32,463 bases of DNA from Clostridia bacterium (GTDB taxonomy: Bacteria > Bacillota > Clostridia > Christensenellales > UBA1242), in contig JAZUPV010000079.1 in NCBI GenBank assembly GCA_045605365.1, positions 1 through 32,463 of the forward strand, given 5' to 3'. Every line of letters starts with the position of its first letter. Position 1 is the first letter of the stretch. The notes under the pieces were generated by a model. It made no database searches. It was not told where the DNA came from and saw nothing but the letters and a program-made list of their open reading frames with translations. This document shows positions 8,979 to 18,700 of this stretch, piece after piece. The position numbers were made by a program, and so were the translations under genes.

Positions 8979-9007
8979 TAGACATTTTATATATTTATCA
9001 CTATAAT
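8979..9007 (+). promoter_or_regulatory. Candidate sigma-A promoter
   Basis: -35 TAGACA (8979-8984), 17-nt spacer, -10 TATAAT (9002-9007), upstream of the zinc-ribbon ORF. Confidence 0.4.
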
Positions 9008-9093
9008 ATAGGCAGTCTTAATATATAAGGTTATATAACCTTGTTAGACTAATATTATATATAAAAAACTTAAAACTTTTTTAAGGAGAGTTT

Positions 9094-9597
9094 ATGAAAA
9101 ACCCTGTATATATTAGATGTCCAAGATGTGAACTTAATTATATCCAAAAGAAAGATAAATTTTGTAATGTATGTAAAATCGAAATGAAAGCCGTTGGTAC
9201 ACTAGGTCTTGACGAAAACTTAGATTTAGAACTTTGCCCAGTATGTAAAGTTAACTATATCAACCCAGACGAAGATATGTGTGTAGCTTGCGCTAAAGAA
9301 AAAGCTCTTGAAGAAGGTCTTATCAATGACGTTGATAACGATAGCGATTGGGATAGCCTAAACAACGACGAAGGTCTATATAGCGAAGAAGAAGAAACTG
9401 GCGAGATGGTTTCTATCACTGATCTTGACGATAGTTCATTTGACAGTGACGAAGACACTCTTGGTCTAGGTCTTGACGATGACGAAGATTTGTTAGACGA
9501 AAAGATGGACGACGAAGATGGCTTTGACGACGATATGGACGATGCTTTTGATGATTTAGATGACGACATTGATGACCTAGATGATGACGAAGATTAA
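9094..9597 (+). CDS. Zinc-ribbon protein (two CxxC...CxxC pairs) with a roughly 90-aa poly-acidic C-terminal tail
   Basis: CPRCELNY...CNVCK and CPVCKVNY...CVACAK, then a D/E-rich tail ending DDLDDDIDDLDDDED. AAGGAG RBS. Confidence 0.7.
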   Translation: MKNPVYIRCPRCELNYIQKKDKFCNVCKIEMKAVGTLGLDENLDLELCPVCKVNYINPDEDMCVACAKEKALEEGLINDVDNDSDWDSLNNDEGLYSEEEETGEMVSITDLDDSSFDSDEDTLGLGLDDDEDLLDEKMDDEDGFDDDMDDAFDDLDDDIDDLDDDED

Positions 9598-9608
9598 TAG
9601 TCAAACTA

Positions 9609-9636
9609 ACACCACTTTTTAGTGGTGTTTTTTTTG
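9609..9636 (+). terminator. Rho-independent terminator
   Basis: Stem ACACCACT/AGTGGTGT with a TTTT loop, followed by T7. Confidence 0.8.
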
Positions 9637-9681
9637 TTTAAATTTTGATATGTGGGCAATAATCCTTTCAAGGGGGATTAT

Positions 9682-9924
9682 ATGAGAAAAAACACAATTA
9701 CTCTAGCCGATATCAAACAAAAGATTTTTGAACTAAAAGGTCAGCCTATTGATATACAAGCCAACCGTGGCAGAAAAAAGATAGAGTGTTTTAGTGGGGT
9801 TATAGACAACATATACCCATCTGTATTTACCGTTAAGGTTAGTGGGGACGAGCTAAGAGAATGTTTGACTTGTTCTTATAGTGATGTTTTGTGTGGAGAT
9901 GTCAAGATAGTTAGCAAACACTAA
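9682..9924 (+). CDS. veg: Veg protein (biofilm/sporulation-associated small protein)
   Basis: Strong resemblance to B. subtilis Veg (ANRGRKKIECFSGVIDNIYPSVFTV...SYSDVL). Start moved to the ATG at 9682, downstream of AGGGGGA. Confidence 0.85.
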   Translation: MRKNTITLADIKQKIFELKGQPIDIQANRGRKKIECFSGVIDNIYPSVFTVKVSGDELRECLTCSYSDVLCGDVKIVSKH

Positions 9925-10001
9925 CCACAAAAAAACTTTCATTTTTTTATCACCTTGATAATATACTAGTTGTATAACAAGTATTTTCAGGGGGAACAAC
10001 A

Positions 10002-11537
10002 ATGGCAGAAGATGCTAAACAAGAACAAATCAAACTTTGTACAAAAAGAAAACTAGCAACAATGCAACTAAAAAACAGTGCAACAATTGCCCACGAACAA
10101 CAGATAAAAATATCTAAAATTTTGACAGTTGTGGCTTGCCCTAGCGTTGAAAACGTAGAAGTAAACAACGCCGAAGCAAAGTTTGGTGTTAATGTAAGAT
10201 ATGACGCCCTAGTTTGCCTTGAAAACGGCGAAATTGTCACTCTTTCACAAACAGGTTCATCAACAACTTCGTGCGAAAATTCTTCAATTACGCCAGATAG
10301 CCACATAGATATTTTTGCAACAGTACTAGATGTAAGTAGCAATATTACTTCTGGCGAAGTTAATGTGACTAGCCTTATTAACTGTGACTTATATATCAGC
10401 AACAGAAATGTTTGCGTTAAGCAAATACAGTCTTTGCAAGATGTCTATACCAAAGAGTGCGAAGTAACAATTAATAGTTTCAAAACAAGCAATAGCTATT
10501 CTTCAACAATAACTTCAGAACTAGAAAATCAAGGCAAAATCTCGAAGATTATCTTTTGCAACTCTACAGGTACTATCAAAAGTATTACGCCAAACAATGA
10601 CTACTATACTATCAATGGTCAAGTTACAATCAATGCAATGTGTGAGTACGAAGACGGCCAAATAAAATCTCAAACACAAGACTTGCCACTAAACGAAGAA
10701 GTCGAATGCCAGGGGCTATCAAAAGACGATATCTTGCAGACAACATTTAACACCAAACCTTGCTCTAGCACAATTATTACTGATGCAGAAGGCAACACCC
10801 TTGTCAATGTAGAAGTACCATATAATGTGTCTTGTCATGTTTATCAAAAGACAAGCAGAGATTTTGTAGTAGATGCTTATAATATAGAAAAAGAACTTAA
10901 TCTTACTACAGAGTCTTATGAACAAAATGAGTTTTTGCCAACAAAATTTGTTGAAGAAACTATTATCTCAACATTTACCCTTACTGACGAAGCCCCTAGA
11001 GTCGAAAGAATCCTTTTGTCTACGGGCGAAAGTATATCTTTGGTTAACAGTTACCCAAAAAATGGCGAAATTGTAGTCGAAGGTATTGCCAATATCGGCA
11101 CTATTTATTATAGCGAAGACGAACAAGGCAACAAAGTACTAAACTCAGTAGTTATTGATGTGCCATACTCTCTATCTGTTTTAGCGCCAGAAGTGCGAGA
11201 AGGTGACAATGTAGAAGTAGAAGTTAAACTTGCCGATGTCAGTGTAAAAAACAAAAAGGGCAGAGAACTAGAAGTTATCGCCAATATAGTTGTTAGTTAT
11301 AGTGTCAATAGACCACAAGTTTTTGCTATAGCTACAGAGATAAACTTTGGAGAAACTAAGCCAAATAAAAATTACGCCCTAGAAATATACGTCGCCAAAG
11401 AAAACCAAACCTTGTGGGACGTAGCAAAACACCTTAATATCTCTACCGAAAACTTGCTTAGCCAAAACCCAGAGTTAAATTTGCCAATTAGTGTCGGTGA
11501 CAAAATAGTCGCTTATCACGGTGGTACAAGACAATAA
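10002..11537 (+). CDS. sipL: SipL-like spore morphogenetic protein (SPOCS/DUF3794 region plus C-terminal LysM)
   Basis: 511 aa. C-terminal LysM (YVAKENQTLWDVAKHLNISTENLLSQNPELNLPISVGDKIVAY). The size and the position next to veg match my recollection of clostridial sipL. Confidence 0.6.
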   Translation: MAEDAKQEQIKLCTKRKLATMQLKNSATIAHEQQIKISKILTVVACPSVENVEVNNAEAKFGVNVRYDALVCLENGEIVTLSQTGSSTTSCENSSITPDSHIDIFATVLDVSSNITSGEVNVTSLINCDLYISNRNVCVKQIQSLQDVYTKECEVTINSFKTSNSYSSTITSELENQGKISKIIFCNSTGTIKSITPNNDYYTINGQVTINAMCEYEDGQIKSQTQDLPLNEEVECQGLSKDDILQTTFNTKPCSSTIITDAEGNTLVNVEVPYNVSCHVYQKTSRDFVVDAYNIEKELNLTTESYEQNEFLPTKFVEETIISTFTLTDEAPRVERILLSTGESISLVNSYPKNGEIVVEGIANIGTIYYSEDEQGNKVLNSVVIDVPYSLSVLAPEVREGDNVEVEVKLADVSVKNKKGRELEVIANIVVSYSVNRPQVFAIATEINFGETKPNKNYALEIYVAKENQTLWDVAKHLNISTENLLSQNPELNLPISVGDKIVAYHGGTRQ

Positions 11538-11576
11538 TATTGAACAATAATATATATCTTATATACATTAATATAT

Positions 11577-11612
11577 AAAAGACCAAAATAAATATTTTTG
11601 GTCTTTTTTTTA
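11577..11612 (+). terminator. Rho-independent terminator
   Basis: Stem GACCAAAA/TTTTGGTC, followed by T8. Confidence 0.75.
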
Positions 11613-11680
11613 TTTATTTTTACAAATAACCCCAGTCTATATTTGCTATCGTTGTCAACAATCATACCAAAGGGGACAGT

Positions 11681-12199
11681 ATGAAAAAGTTTTTAGCCAT
11701 TATTATTTTGTTAGTGTTAGGGGTAGGGGTGGTTTTTGTAGCAAACATTGTCCCACAGGACAAATCAAAAACATATCTACGTATACATATTAGAGCCAAT
11801 AGCAACCTTACCTGTGACCAAAATATAAAATACAAAATCAAAGACCATATAGTAGATTATCTCACACCGCTATTTGTAGATTGCAAGTCAAAACATCAAG
11901 CCTACACAATACTAAATAACAACTTACAAAATATCAACTTGCTCACCAATACCATCTTGCAACAAAATGGTTTCTCCTATTCTTGCCAAGCAAAACTCAA
12001 CAATGAATACTTCCCAACAAGAGCCTACCAAGATGTTGTTTTAGAGAGTGGCTTTTATGATGCTTTAATTTTAGAATTAGGTCAGGCTCAAGGCGACAAC
12101 TGGTGGTGTGTATTGTATCCGCCATTATGTTTTGTAGAAAATACTCAAAATGTTGAATATAAATCAAAATTTTTAGAAATAATTAATTCAATATTTTAA
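11681..12199 (+). CDS. spoIIR: Stage II sporulation protein R (SpoIIGA-activating signal protein)
   Basis: N-terminal signal/TM segment, LRIHIRANSN motif, and the GDNWWCVLYPPLCF signature. Confidence 0.85.
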   Translation: MKKFLAIIILLVLGVGVVFVANIVPQDKSKTYLRIHIRANSNLTCDQNIKYKIKDHIVDYLTPLFVDCKSKHQAYTILNNNLQNINLLTNTILQQNGFSYSCQAKLNNEYFPTRAYQDVVLESGFYDALILELGQAQGDNWWCVLYPPLCFVENTQNVEYKSKFLEIINSIF

Positions 12200-12214
12200 T
12201 TATAAGGAGTATTT

Positions 12215-12877
12215 ATGAAAAAGTATATCGCAATACTATGTACGTGTTTGGTATTTATAGTGGGTATATCGTGTATGTTTACATTAGTTTCAAACAACCG
12301 CCCAGAACAATCTCAAACTCTAACAGTAGCTAGCACTTCTCAAAACAAACAAATCCAACAAAAACTAAAAGACCTTGGTTATTATAACGGACAAATAGAT
12401 GGTATCTTAGGTGATGCTTCTATAAAAGCCATCAAAGCCTTTCAAAAAGATAATGGATTGGTTGCAGATGGTATAGTCGGGGCAAAAACCGCTGCTAAGC
12501 TAAACATCTCATTATCTACCCAAAACTCTAACGACTTGTATCTTCTTGCCAAGTGTGTTCATGCAGAAGCCAGGGGAGAAGTATATGTCGGTCAAGTAGC
12601 AGTCGCAGCCGTCATTTTAAACCGTGTAAAAAGCCCAGAATTCCCCAATACTATCTCAGGGGTTATTTATCAACCGTGGGCTTTTACCGCTGTACACGAC
12701 GGTCAAATCAACCTAGAGCCTAACCAAAGTGCCTACAATGCAGCACGTGACGCAATGAACGGTTGGGACCCAACTTATGGCTGTTTGTTTTATTACAATC
12801 CAGAAGTAGCCACTAGCAAATGGATATTTTCTAGACAAACTGTCGTAACTATAGGCAAACATGTCTTTGCAATATAG
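12215..12877 (+). CDS. sleB: Spore cortex-lytic enzyme SleB (PG_binding_1 plus Hydrolase_2 domains)
   Basis: Near-colinear match to the B. subtilis SleB catalytic domain (GQVAVAAVILNRV...FPNTISGVIYQP.AFTAV.DGQ...NGWDPT...ATSKWI...IGKHVF). Confidence 0.93.
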   Translation: MKKYIAILCTCLVFIVGISCMFTLVSNNRPEQSQTLTVASTSQNKQIQQKLKDLGYYNGQIDGILGDASIKAIKAFQKDNGLVADGIVGAKTAAKLNISLSTQNSNDLYLLAKCVHAEARGEVYVGQVAVAAVILNRVKSPEFPNTISGVIYQPWAFTAVHDGQINLEPNQSAYNAARDAMNGWDPTYGCLFYYNPEVATSKWIFSRQTVVTIGKHVFAI

Positions 12878-12887
12878 GAGTATTAAT

Positions 12888-14231
12888 ATGAATAATAGTG
12901 TTTCAACAACAAAATCAAACAAAATCCTTATAGCAGCAGTTGTGTTTTTGGCTATTATCAGTGTTGGGCTTGGTATAGCGCTGTATTTTAACAACAACTC
13001 TATGCAAGGTCACGCTACTAGTTTAGAAAATATCTATCAACGTTCTTTTTATGAACTAGTTGACAATGTCAACTCTATCGAAGTCGAAGTAAGCAAACTT
13101 CTCGTAACCAATGACTCTATCAGTCAGCAAAAATCCCTTAATACTATAAAACAACAAACTGCCGACGCCCAAAACAACCTTAGTAGTTTGCCTATTAAGA
13201 GCAACGTCGTATCAACTACAACCAAGTTTGTCAATCAGCTCAACGGTTATTGTACATCTTTGTTAAATTATAATAACGCAAAACTAACCGACAAAGACTA
13301 TGAAACTATCCAAAAAGCCTATGACTGTATAGCTATGATTAAGTACGAGCTCAATAATATTTCTAACAAAATCAACCAAGGTTATAGCATACTAGACAAT
13401 CTAGACGGAGATGTCGACGTAGATGCCTTTGGAGAAAACTTTGAACAAATCAACAATGACAGTATAGAATATCCTTCAATGATATATGATGGACCATTTT
13501 CTGACTCAGTACTAAACAAACAAATTAAAGGTCTAGAAAACAAAGAATATACTTCTGACCGAGCGCAAGAGTATATCTCACAAGTCTTTGGCGTACAAAA
13601 AACTTCACTAATAGAATATCTAGGTCAAACACAAGGCAAGTTTGTGACTTATGACTTTAAACTAACAACAAAAGATTATAAAGTTTATTATCTACAAATC
13701 ACCAAACAAGGTAAGTTCTTGTTAAACTTAACTGCACAATCTAGTGTAGGCGGCGGAGTATTAGACATAGACCAAGCAAAAACAAAAGCCGTTGACTTTG
13801 CAAAAAGTCTTAACTTAGACCTAAAACCTGTCTGGTCTGCCAACGCCAATGGTATAGCCTATATCAATCTTGCGCCAGTTGTTGACCAAGTTATAATCTA
13901 TCCAGACCTAATCAAAGTAAAAGTAGATATGTCTAACGGCGACATTGTCGGTTGGGAGGCAAGTTCTTATGCGTACAATCATACTAAGCGACCTATCCCA
14001 CAAGCCCAAATAACCCAACAACAAGCCCTAGAACTAGTAAGCAACAAACTTAAAATTTTATCAACCAAGTTGTGTATTATCCCGCTAGAATATACTGGCG
14101 AAGCCCTTGCTTACGAAATCACCGCAGAGTTTAATAGCTTTACTTACTATTTGTATCTAGATGCAAATACCGGAGAACAAATCAAAGTTATGCGTGTTAT
14201 CGAAACTAGCGAAGGTGAACTATTGTTATAA
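12888..14231 (+). CDS. ypeB: Germination protein YpeB (SleB partner, PepSY-containing)
   Basis: N-terminal TM segment. Signature YPSMIYDGPFSD. Located 10 nt after sleB. Start taken at the ATG at 12888, after AGGAG. Confidence 0.85.
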   Translation: MNNSVSTTKSNKILIAAVVFLAIISVGLGIALYFNNNSMQGHATSLENIYQRSFYELVDNVNSIEVEVSKLLVTNDSISQQKSLNTIKQQTADAQNNLSSLPIKSNVVSTTTKFVNQLNGYCTSLLNYNNAKLTDKDYETIQKAYDCIAMIKYELNNISNKINQGYSILDNLDGDVDVDAFGENFEQINNDSIEYPSMIYDGPFSDSVLNKQIKGLENKEYTSDRAQEYISQVFGVQKTSLIEYLGQTQGKFVTYDFKLTTKDYKVYYLQITKQGKFLLNLTAQSSVGGGVLDIDQAKTKAVDFAKSLNLDLKPVWSANANGIAYINLAPVVDQVIIYPDLIKVKVDMSNGDIVGWEASSYAYNHTKRPIPQAQITQQQALELVSNKLKILSTKLCIIPLEYTGEALAYEITAEFNSFTYYLYLDANTGEQIKVMRVIETSEGELLL

Positions 14232-14257
14232 AAGACTAATATTATATTAACTTCATT

Positions 14258-14287
14258 AAAAAACACGTCTTATGACGTGTTTTATTA
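14258..14287 (+). terminator. Rho-independent terminator
   Basis: Stem ACACGTC/GACGTGT with a TTAT loop, followed by TTTATT. Confidence 0.7.
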
Positions 14288-14384
14288 TATTTTTTTACAA
14301 AAATATTAAATATTCTTTACAATTTATTAACAATCTTTTATACTAAATAAAAATAATAAACAAAAACAAAGGTTATTTTAGAGT

Positions 14385-15563
14385 ATGGATAAAATATTTG
14401 ACGAAGCAACCCTTGCCCAAAGTAGTATCTTTGAACTAAGAAATATCGCCAGAGAGCTTGGGGTATATTCTCCTACTATTTATAAAAAAGAAGAACTAAT
14501 AGTCAAAATGATGCAAATTGTCAATGGCGAAGTATCTCCCTATGTGCCTAAGAGCAAAAAAGGCAGACCACCAAAAAATATGTCAACTAGCAAAATACTT
14601 GATACAGTTTTTGCTGAACAAGAATTTTTGGACCAAGACAAGTTTAGCATCAACTTTGGTGACAAAACATTAGTCTTGGGTGAGCATGTTAGAGAGTTTT
14701 TAGAAGATAACAACAACAAACCAAAAACTATGGTCAATTCTAGTGGATACTTTACATTAAGTACCGAAGGTTATGGTTTGATTAGAGATTTAAAAAATAT
14801 CAACGACATATCTACTTGTGTATATGTGTCTAGCCAACAAGTTGACAATTTTAAATTAAGGGTGGGTGACTATGTCACAGCCCTAACAAAAGTTGTTGCA
14901 AACGACAAACCAAGTATTTTTGTAGAAGCTATCTCTATCAATGGTCAACCATACAAAACAAGAACATATAATGATTTTGAAAGTATGCCAGTTGAGTTTT
15001 CTGTAGATAATATACAAGTTGCTACTAACAACGATGAGTTTGATATTGCTGTGGGCAAATGTACAATGTTTCTTAACAACAAGTCAAACAAAGTTGACCT
15101 TATGAACTTTATCAAAAATCTAAACGACAACAATGACCTTGCACCTGTTTTAGTTGGATTAGAAGTAACCAAAGAAACAGAACTATTTTTTAACAACCTA
15201 ACTAACGCAGAATCTTTCACAACTTTAATTGACCAGTCTGCGGCTTGCCATAGCTTGGTAGGGCATTTAGCTTTGCAAAGAGCAAAACGCCTTGCAGAAA
15301 GCGGCGAAGACGTCGTGCTTGTGGTTGATGGTCTAGACAAAGTCGTAAAAAACCAAAACTTATGTGATGGCAACAACTTATTAGACTTGACCGCCAAGAC
15401 TTTTGAAAGTGCTAAGCAATTTTTGGGGTGTGCCCGCAAGTTTGTCACTAGTGGCAGTTTGACAGTTGTAGCAGTTTATTATTACAAACAAAACAATACC
15501 TTTGACCAAACCATCATCGACGAGTTAGAAGGCTTATCTTCAAAAACAATTACTTTGTCATAA
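14385..15563 (+). CDS. Rho-like protein with Rho_N and OB RNA-binding domains but a degenerate, C-terminally truncated ATPase domain
   Basis: By-eye alignment to E. coli Rho. GYGLIRD aligns with GFGFLRS, and [20 protein letters not shown] with DIYVSPSQIRRFNLRTGDTI. The P-loop PPKAGKT is replaced by NKSNKVD, and LLIDERPEE by LVGLEVTKE. The protein ends right after SGSLTVVAV. Confidence 0.65.
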   Translation: [392 protein letters not shown]

Positions 15564-15677
15564 CATATATAATATGTATATATGTCAACATATTAATATA
15601 ATGATATATTAATATATAGCATACAACTTAATTAAAAAATACAGTTTAAGATATATTAACAATTATCTATAAGTTAA

Positions 15678-15713
15678 TAAAAAAATATCTACCAATCGGT
15701 AGATATTTTTTTG
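15678..15713. terminator. Bidirectional terminator between the convergent rho-like gene and the giant gene
   Basis: Stem ATATCTACC (15685-15693) pairs with GGTAGATAT (15698-15706), flanked by an A-run and a T-run. Confidence 0.75.
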
Positions 15714-15717
15714 TTTG

Positions 15718-18700
15718 TTATTTAACTCTCATCTTAGTTCTTAACTTAATAAATAGTATTATAGCAACAACTACGACAACAGATACTATTACAATAACGA
15801 TAATAGACATTGCGTTAAGTGGTTCTGCTCTGTTTACTCTAAAGCTTGTTATAACGTTGCCACTATCAGTTTCGATTTGAACATAATAATCGTGGGTTTC
15901 TGTTAGTGTAGCGGTTCTAGTAGCGCTAGAAGCAAGTGCATCGCTATCTATATCATATTTTGCATACAATACAAAGCCATTTGTATCTTTGTTGAAAGTA
16001 TAAATCTTTAGGTATGATTTACCAACTTGTTGATATATCAAACTTGGGTTGTAAGTAAGTGTGATAGTGCCTTTTGTTGTTTTGCCATACTCTGGGTCAC
16101 TTAAGATAATAGGTGTAGCATTGTTTATCTTAAATGCAAAAGTATATTCTTTAGCAGCAAGTAGTTCGTTATATGTTACGGCTACTGTTATTTGATAACT
16201 ACCATTGCCAAATATATCAGAAGTAACAAACAATTCTCTCAAAGCATAATTTTCAAGCATATCAGCAGTAATGATTACGTTAGCAGCTGATTTTTTGATG
16301 TAATATTCTTTTACTTGTTGAGTGATATCTTTGTTGTCTTTGTATATCTTTACAATCTCATAACCTAGCATTTCATTAAACTCATATGCAAGTCTAGCAG
16401 AAGTTTGCTCGATTATTGTAAAGTTATATGTTGCTGGTGATAAGTCTGCATTGTTGTTAGCAAGGTTGATGTTAGAATGATATTTTGCATGCAATGTTAC
16501 TTGGTATCTACCTGACTCAGTAAATGTAAAGTCATATCCGCCTTCGCCAGTTACATATCTGTCATAAGCTGTACCATTGCGATATACAGTAGCATAGATT
16601 GATTTAGAATCATACTTATCTGCAAACTGTCTATCTATAGACAATGTTACGCTACCATTAAATGTCATATAATCTAATGGGGTAGAGTTGTTAACATTAT
16701 AGATAATTTTATCTAGTATAGTTAATGTATGATAACTATAAGATGCTGCTACTGTACCACGAGAAGTAAATACTGCAGTGTTACCAGCGTTATCTTTAAA
16801 TGTTAAGATATGTTTGCCTGTACCAGAAATTGTTATAGAAGATTTTCCAGCAGACATTGTACCATAATTTTTAAATGAGTTATTAGAATTATAATTGTAG
16901 TTCAAATAAATCAAGTTACCAGAAGTATACCATTCTGATCTGTTTGAAGAAACTGAATTCCAAGTTAGTGTAACGCTACTATTGGTTACGTCTTGGTTAG
17001 TAAGCATACTGTCTGTTTTGTTTTCTAATGCATCTTCTGTACCGTCTATTCTCTTATATCTTAAAGATGTCAAGATATTGTTAGTTTCTGGTACTTTAGT
17101 GATACAAATTAGATTTGAATAAATTGGGTTATTGATACCATAGATTAAGTAGAAAGTAGTAACATAAGAATTTTTGCTTAGTATAGATTTTGTATAAGTA
17201 CCATTTTCAAAAGTCACAACAAACTCGTGCAACTCACTAGAAGCATCTTTTTGCAAGTGTGTTTCATTTAGTGAGAAGTATTGTTCGATTTGAGTAGGTG
17301 CTTCACTCAATTTAGCAAGCAAAGTAGTCTTTAGTGTGCTATCAGTTACTGTAGAGTTGATAACGTTTTTGATTTGTTCAAATATTGATCTGCCTGTACC
17401 AACGTCAGTGTTGTTAAGGATATCAAGTTTTACACTAGAAGGTAACAATGTTTCGTTGGTTTTGCTATCGTATACTGTATAGAAAGGTATATCGCCATCT
17501 TGTATTGCAAAAGATACTGTACGATAATTACCAAGAACAGTATTGCATATTTCAACCATATAATAACCAGGTTTTGTTACAACTCTGTTGTTGTCAATAT
17601 CAATAGTATTGATTGTTTGACCACTAGCATCAAGAGTATGTAAAGAAACTCTTGAACTATATATTGCTGAGTGTGGAGCATCTTCTATATCTGCCCAGTT
17701 GATTTTTACTGCAGAAGATGTTAGAGCCATACTGCCACCAGATGTAGAACCTGAAATTGAAGCGTTATTGTTGTCGTATAGGTTGATAGCTGGCAATTTG
17801 TTATAAATAACAAAGGTTTGTTTTGATAATACGCTGCCGCTAGAGATATCATTATAATAAACTACATAAGTTATCTCTCCGCCGATATCTACGTTAGATG
17901 GTGTACCGGTAACAATATTAGGTTGTTTTAGTATAACTGTTTTAAAACCTTCTGTTGAACCTTGGTATACATCAGGGTAGGTGTCTGTACCAGCAGTAAT
18001 TTGGTTGCCACCGTTGGCTGAGATTGTTACAGAATGAACTTTTGATTGATAAGTCAATCTAATATCTCCACCAGTATAAATTGTGCCATTTGTAGCTTCA
18101 AAATATTTATCATTATAATAAATATATTGTTCTTCTTTAGATACATATTCTATACCAAGTTGCATTGTATAAGAATATGGTGCACTGTTAAAGTTGTCTT
18201 GATAAGTTACAAAGTATACACCTTCTGGCAAGTTTTCACTCTTTGTAGGCATATTGTTGTAGCCAGATTCTTCTTGAATAATCTTACCTTGGCTATCTGT
18301 AATTTGCAAATTAGTTAAGTAAATAACACTATCTGCTTGTTTTACAGGGAATTGTAAATAATATGTGCCATCAGAGTTTTTTACTATAGTAGGTGGCTCT
18401 AGTTTTTGTTCAAACTTAACTAAGTTTATAAACTTGCTAGTATTACCTGCGCTAGAACGTAGGTTAAATTGGAAACGAGAATTCATATCAGCTACGATAT
18501 AATCGTTGATTTTGTTTGAGTTGATATAGTTTTCGTTATATGTGATATAAGGTGTGATAGTTATAGTGATTGGATTTTTTGTAGTAGTTGTAAGGTCGCT
18601 TATAACCAAAGATCCCCAACCAACTTCACTTGTTACACTGTCTACAGCAACTAGACCAAGTTGAGTTATTTCTTGGGTATTTGTTAACATTGCGTTGCCG

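Noticed and set aside
9255-9604. Two minus-strand ORFs (104 aa and 62 aa, the 104-aa one serine-rich) opposite the acidic tail
   Set aside because: The repetitive GAT/GAC/GAA codons read antisense give Ser/Ile/Val-rich open frames. This is a typical artefact.
14945-15448. 167-aa minus-strand ORF inside the rho-like gene
   Set aside because: No RBS and no recognisable similarity, whereas the plus-strand frame aligns with Rho over its whole length.
15565-15587. AT-only hairpin ACATATATA/TATATATGT right after the rho-like stop codon
   Set aside because: An all-A/T stem has little stability, and the real terminator is the GC-containing hairpin at 15685-15706.
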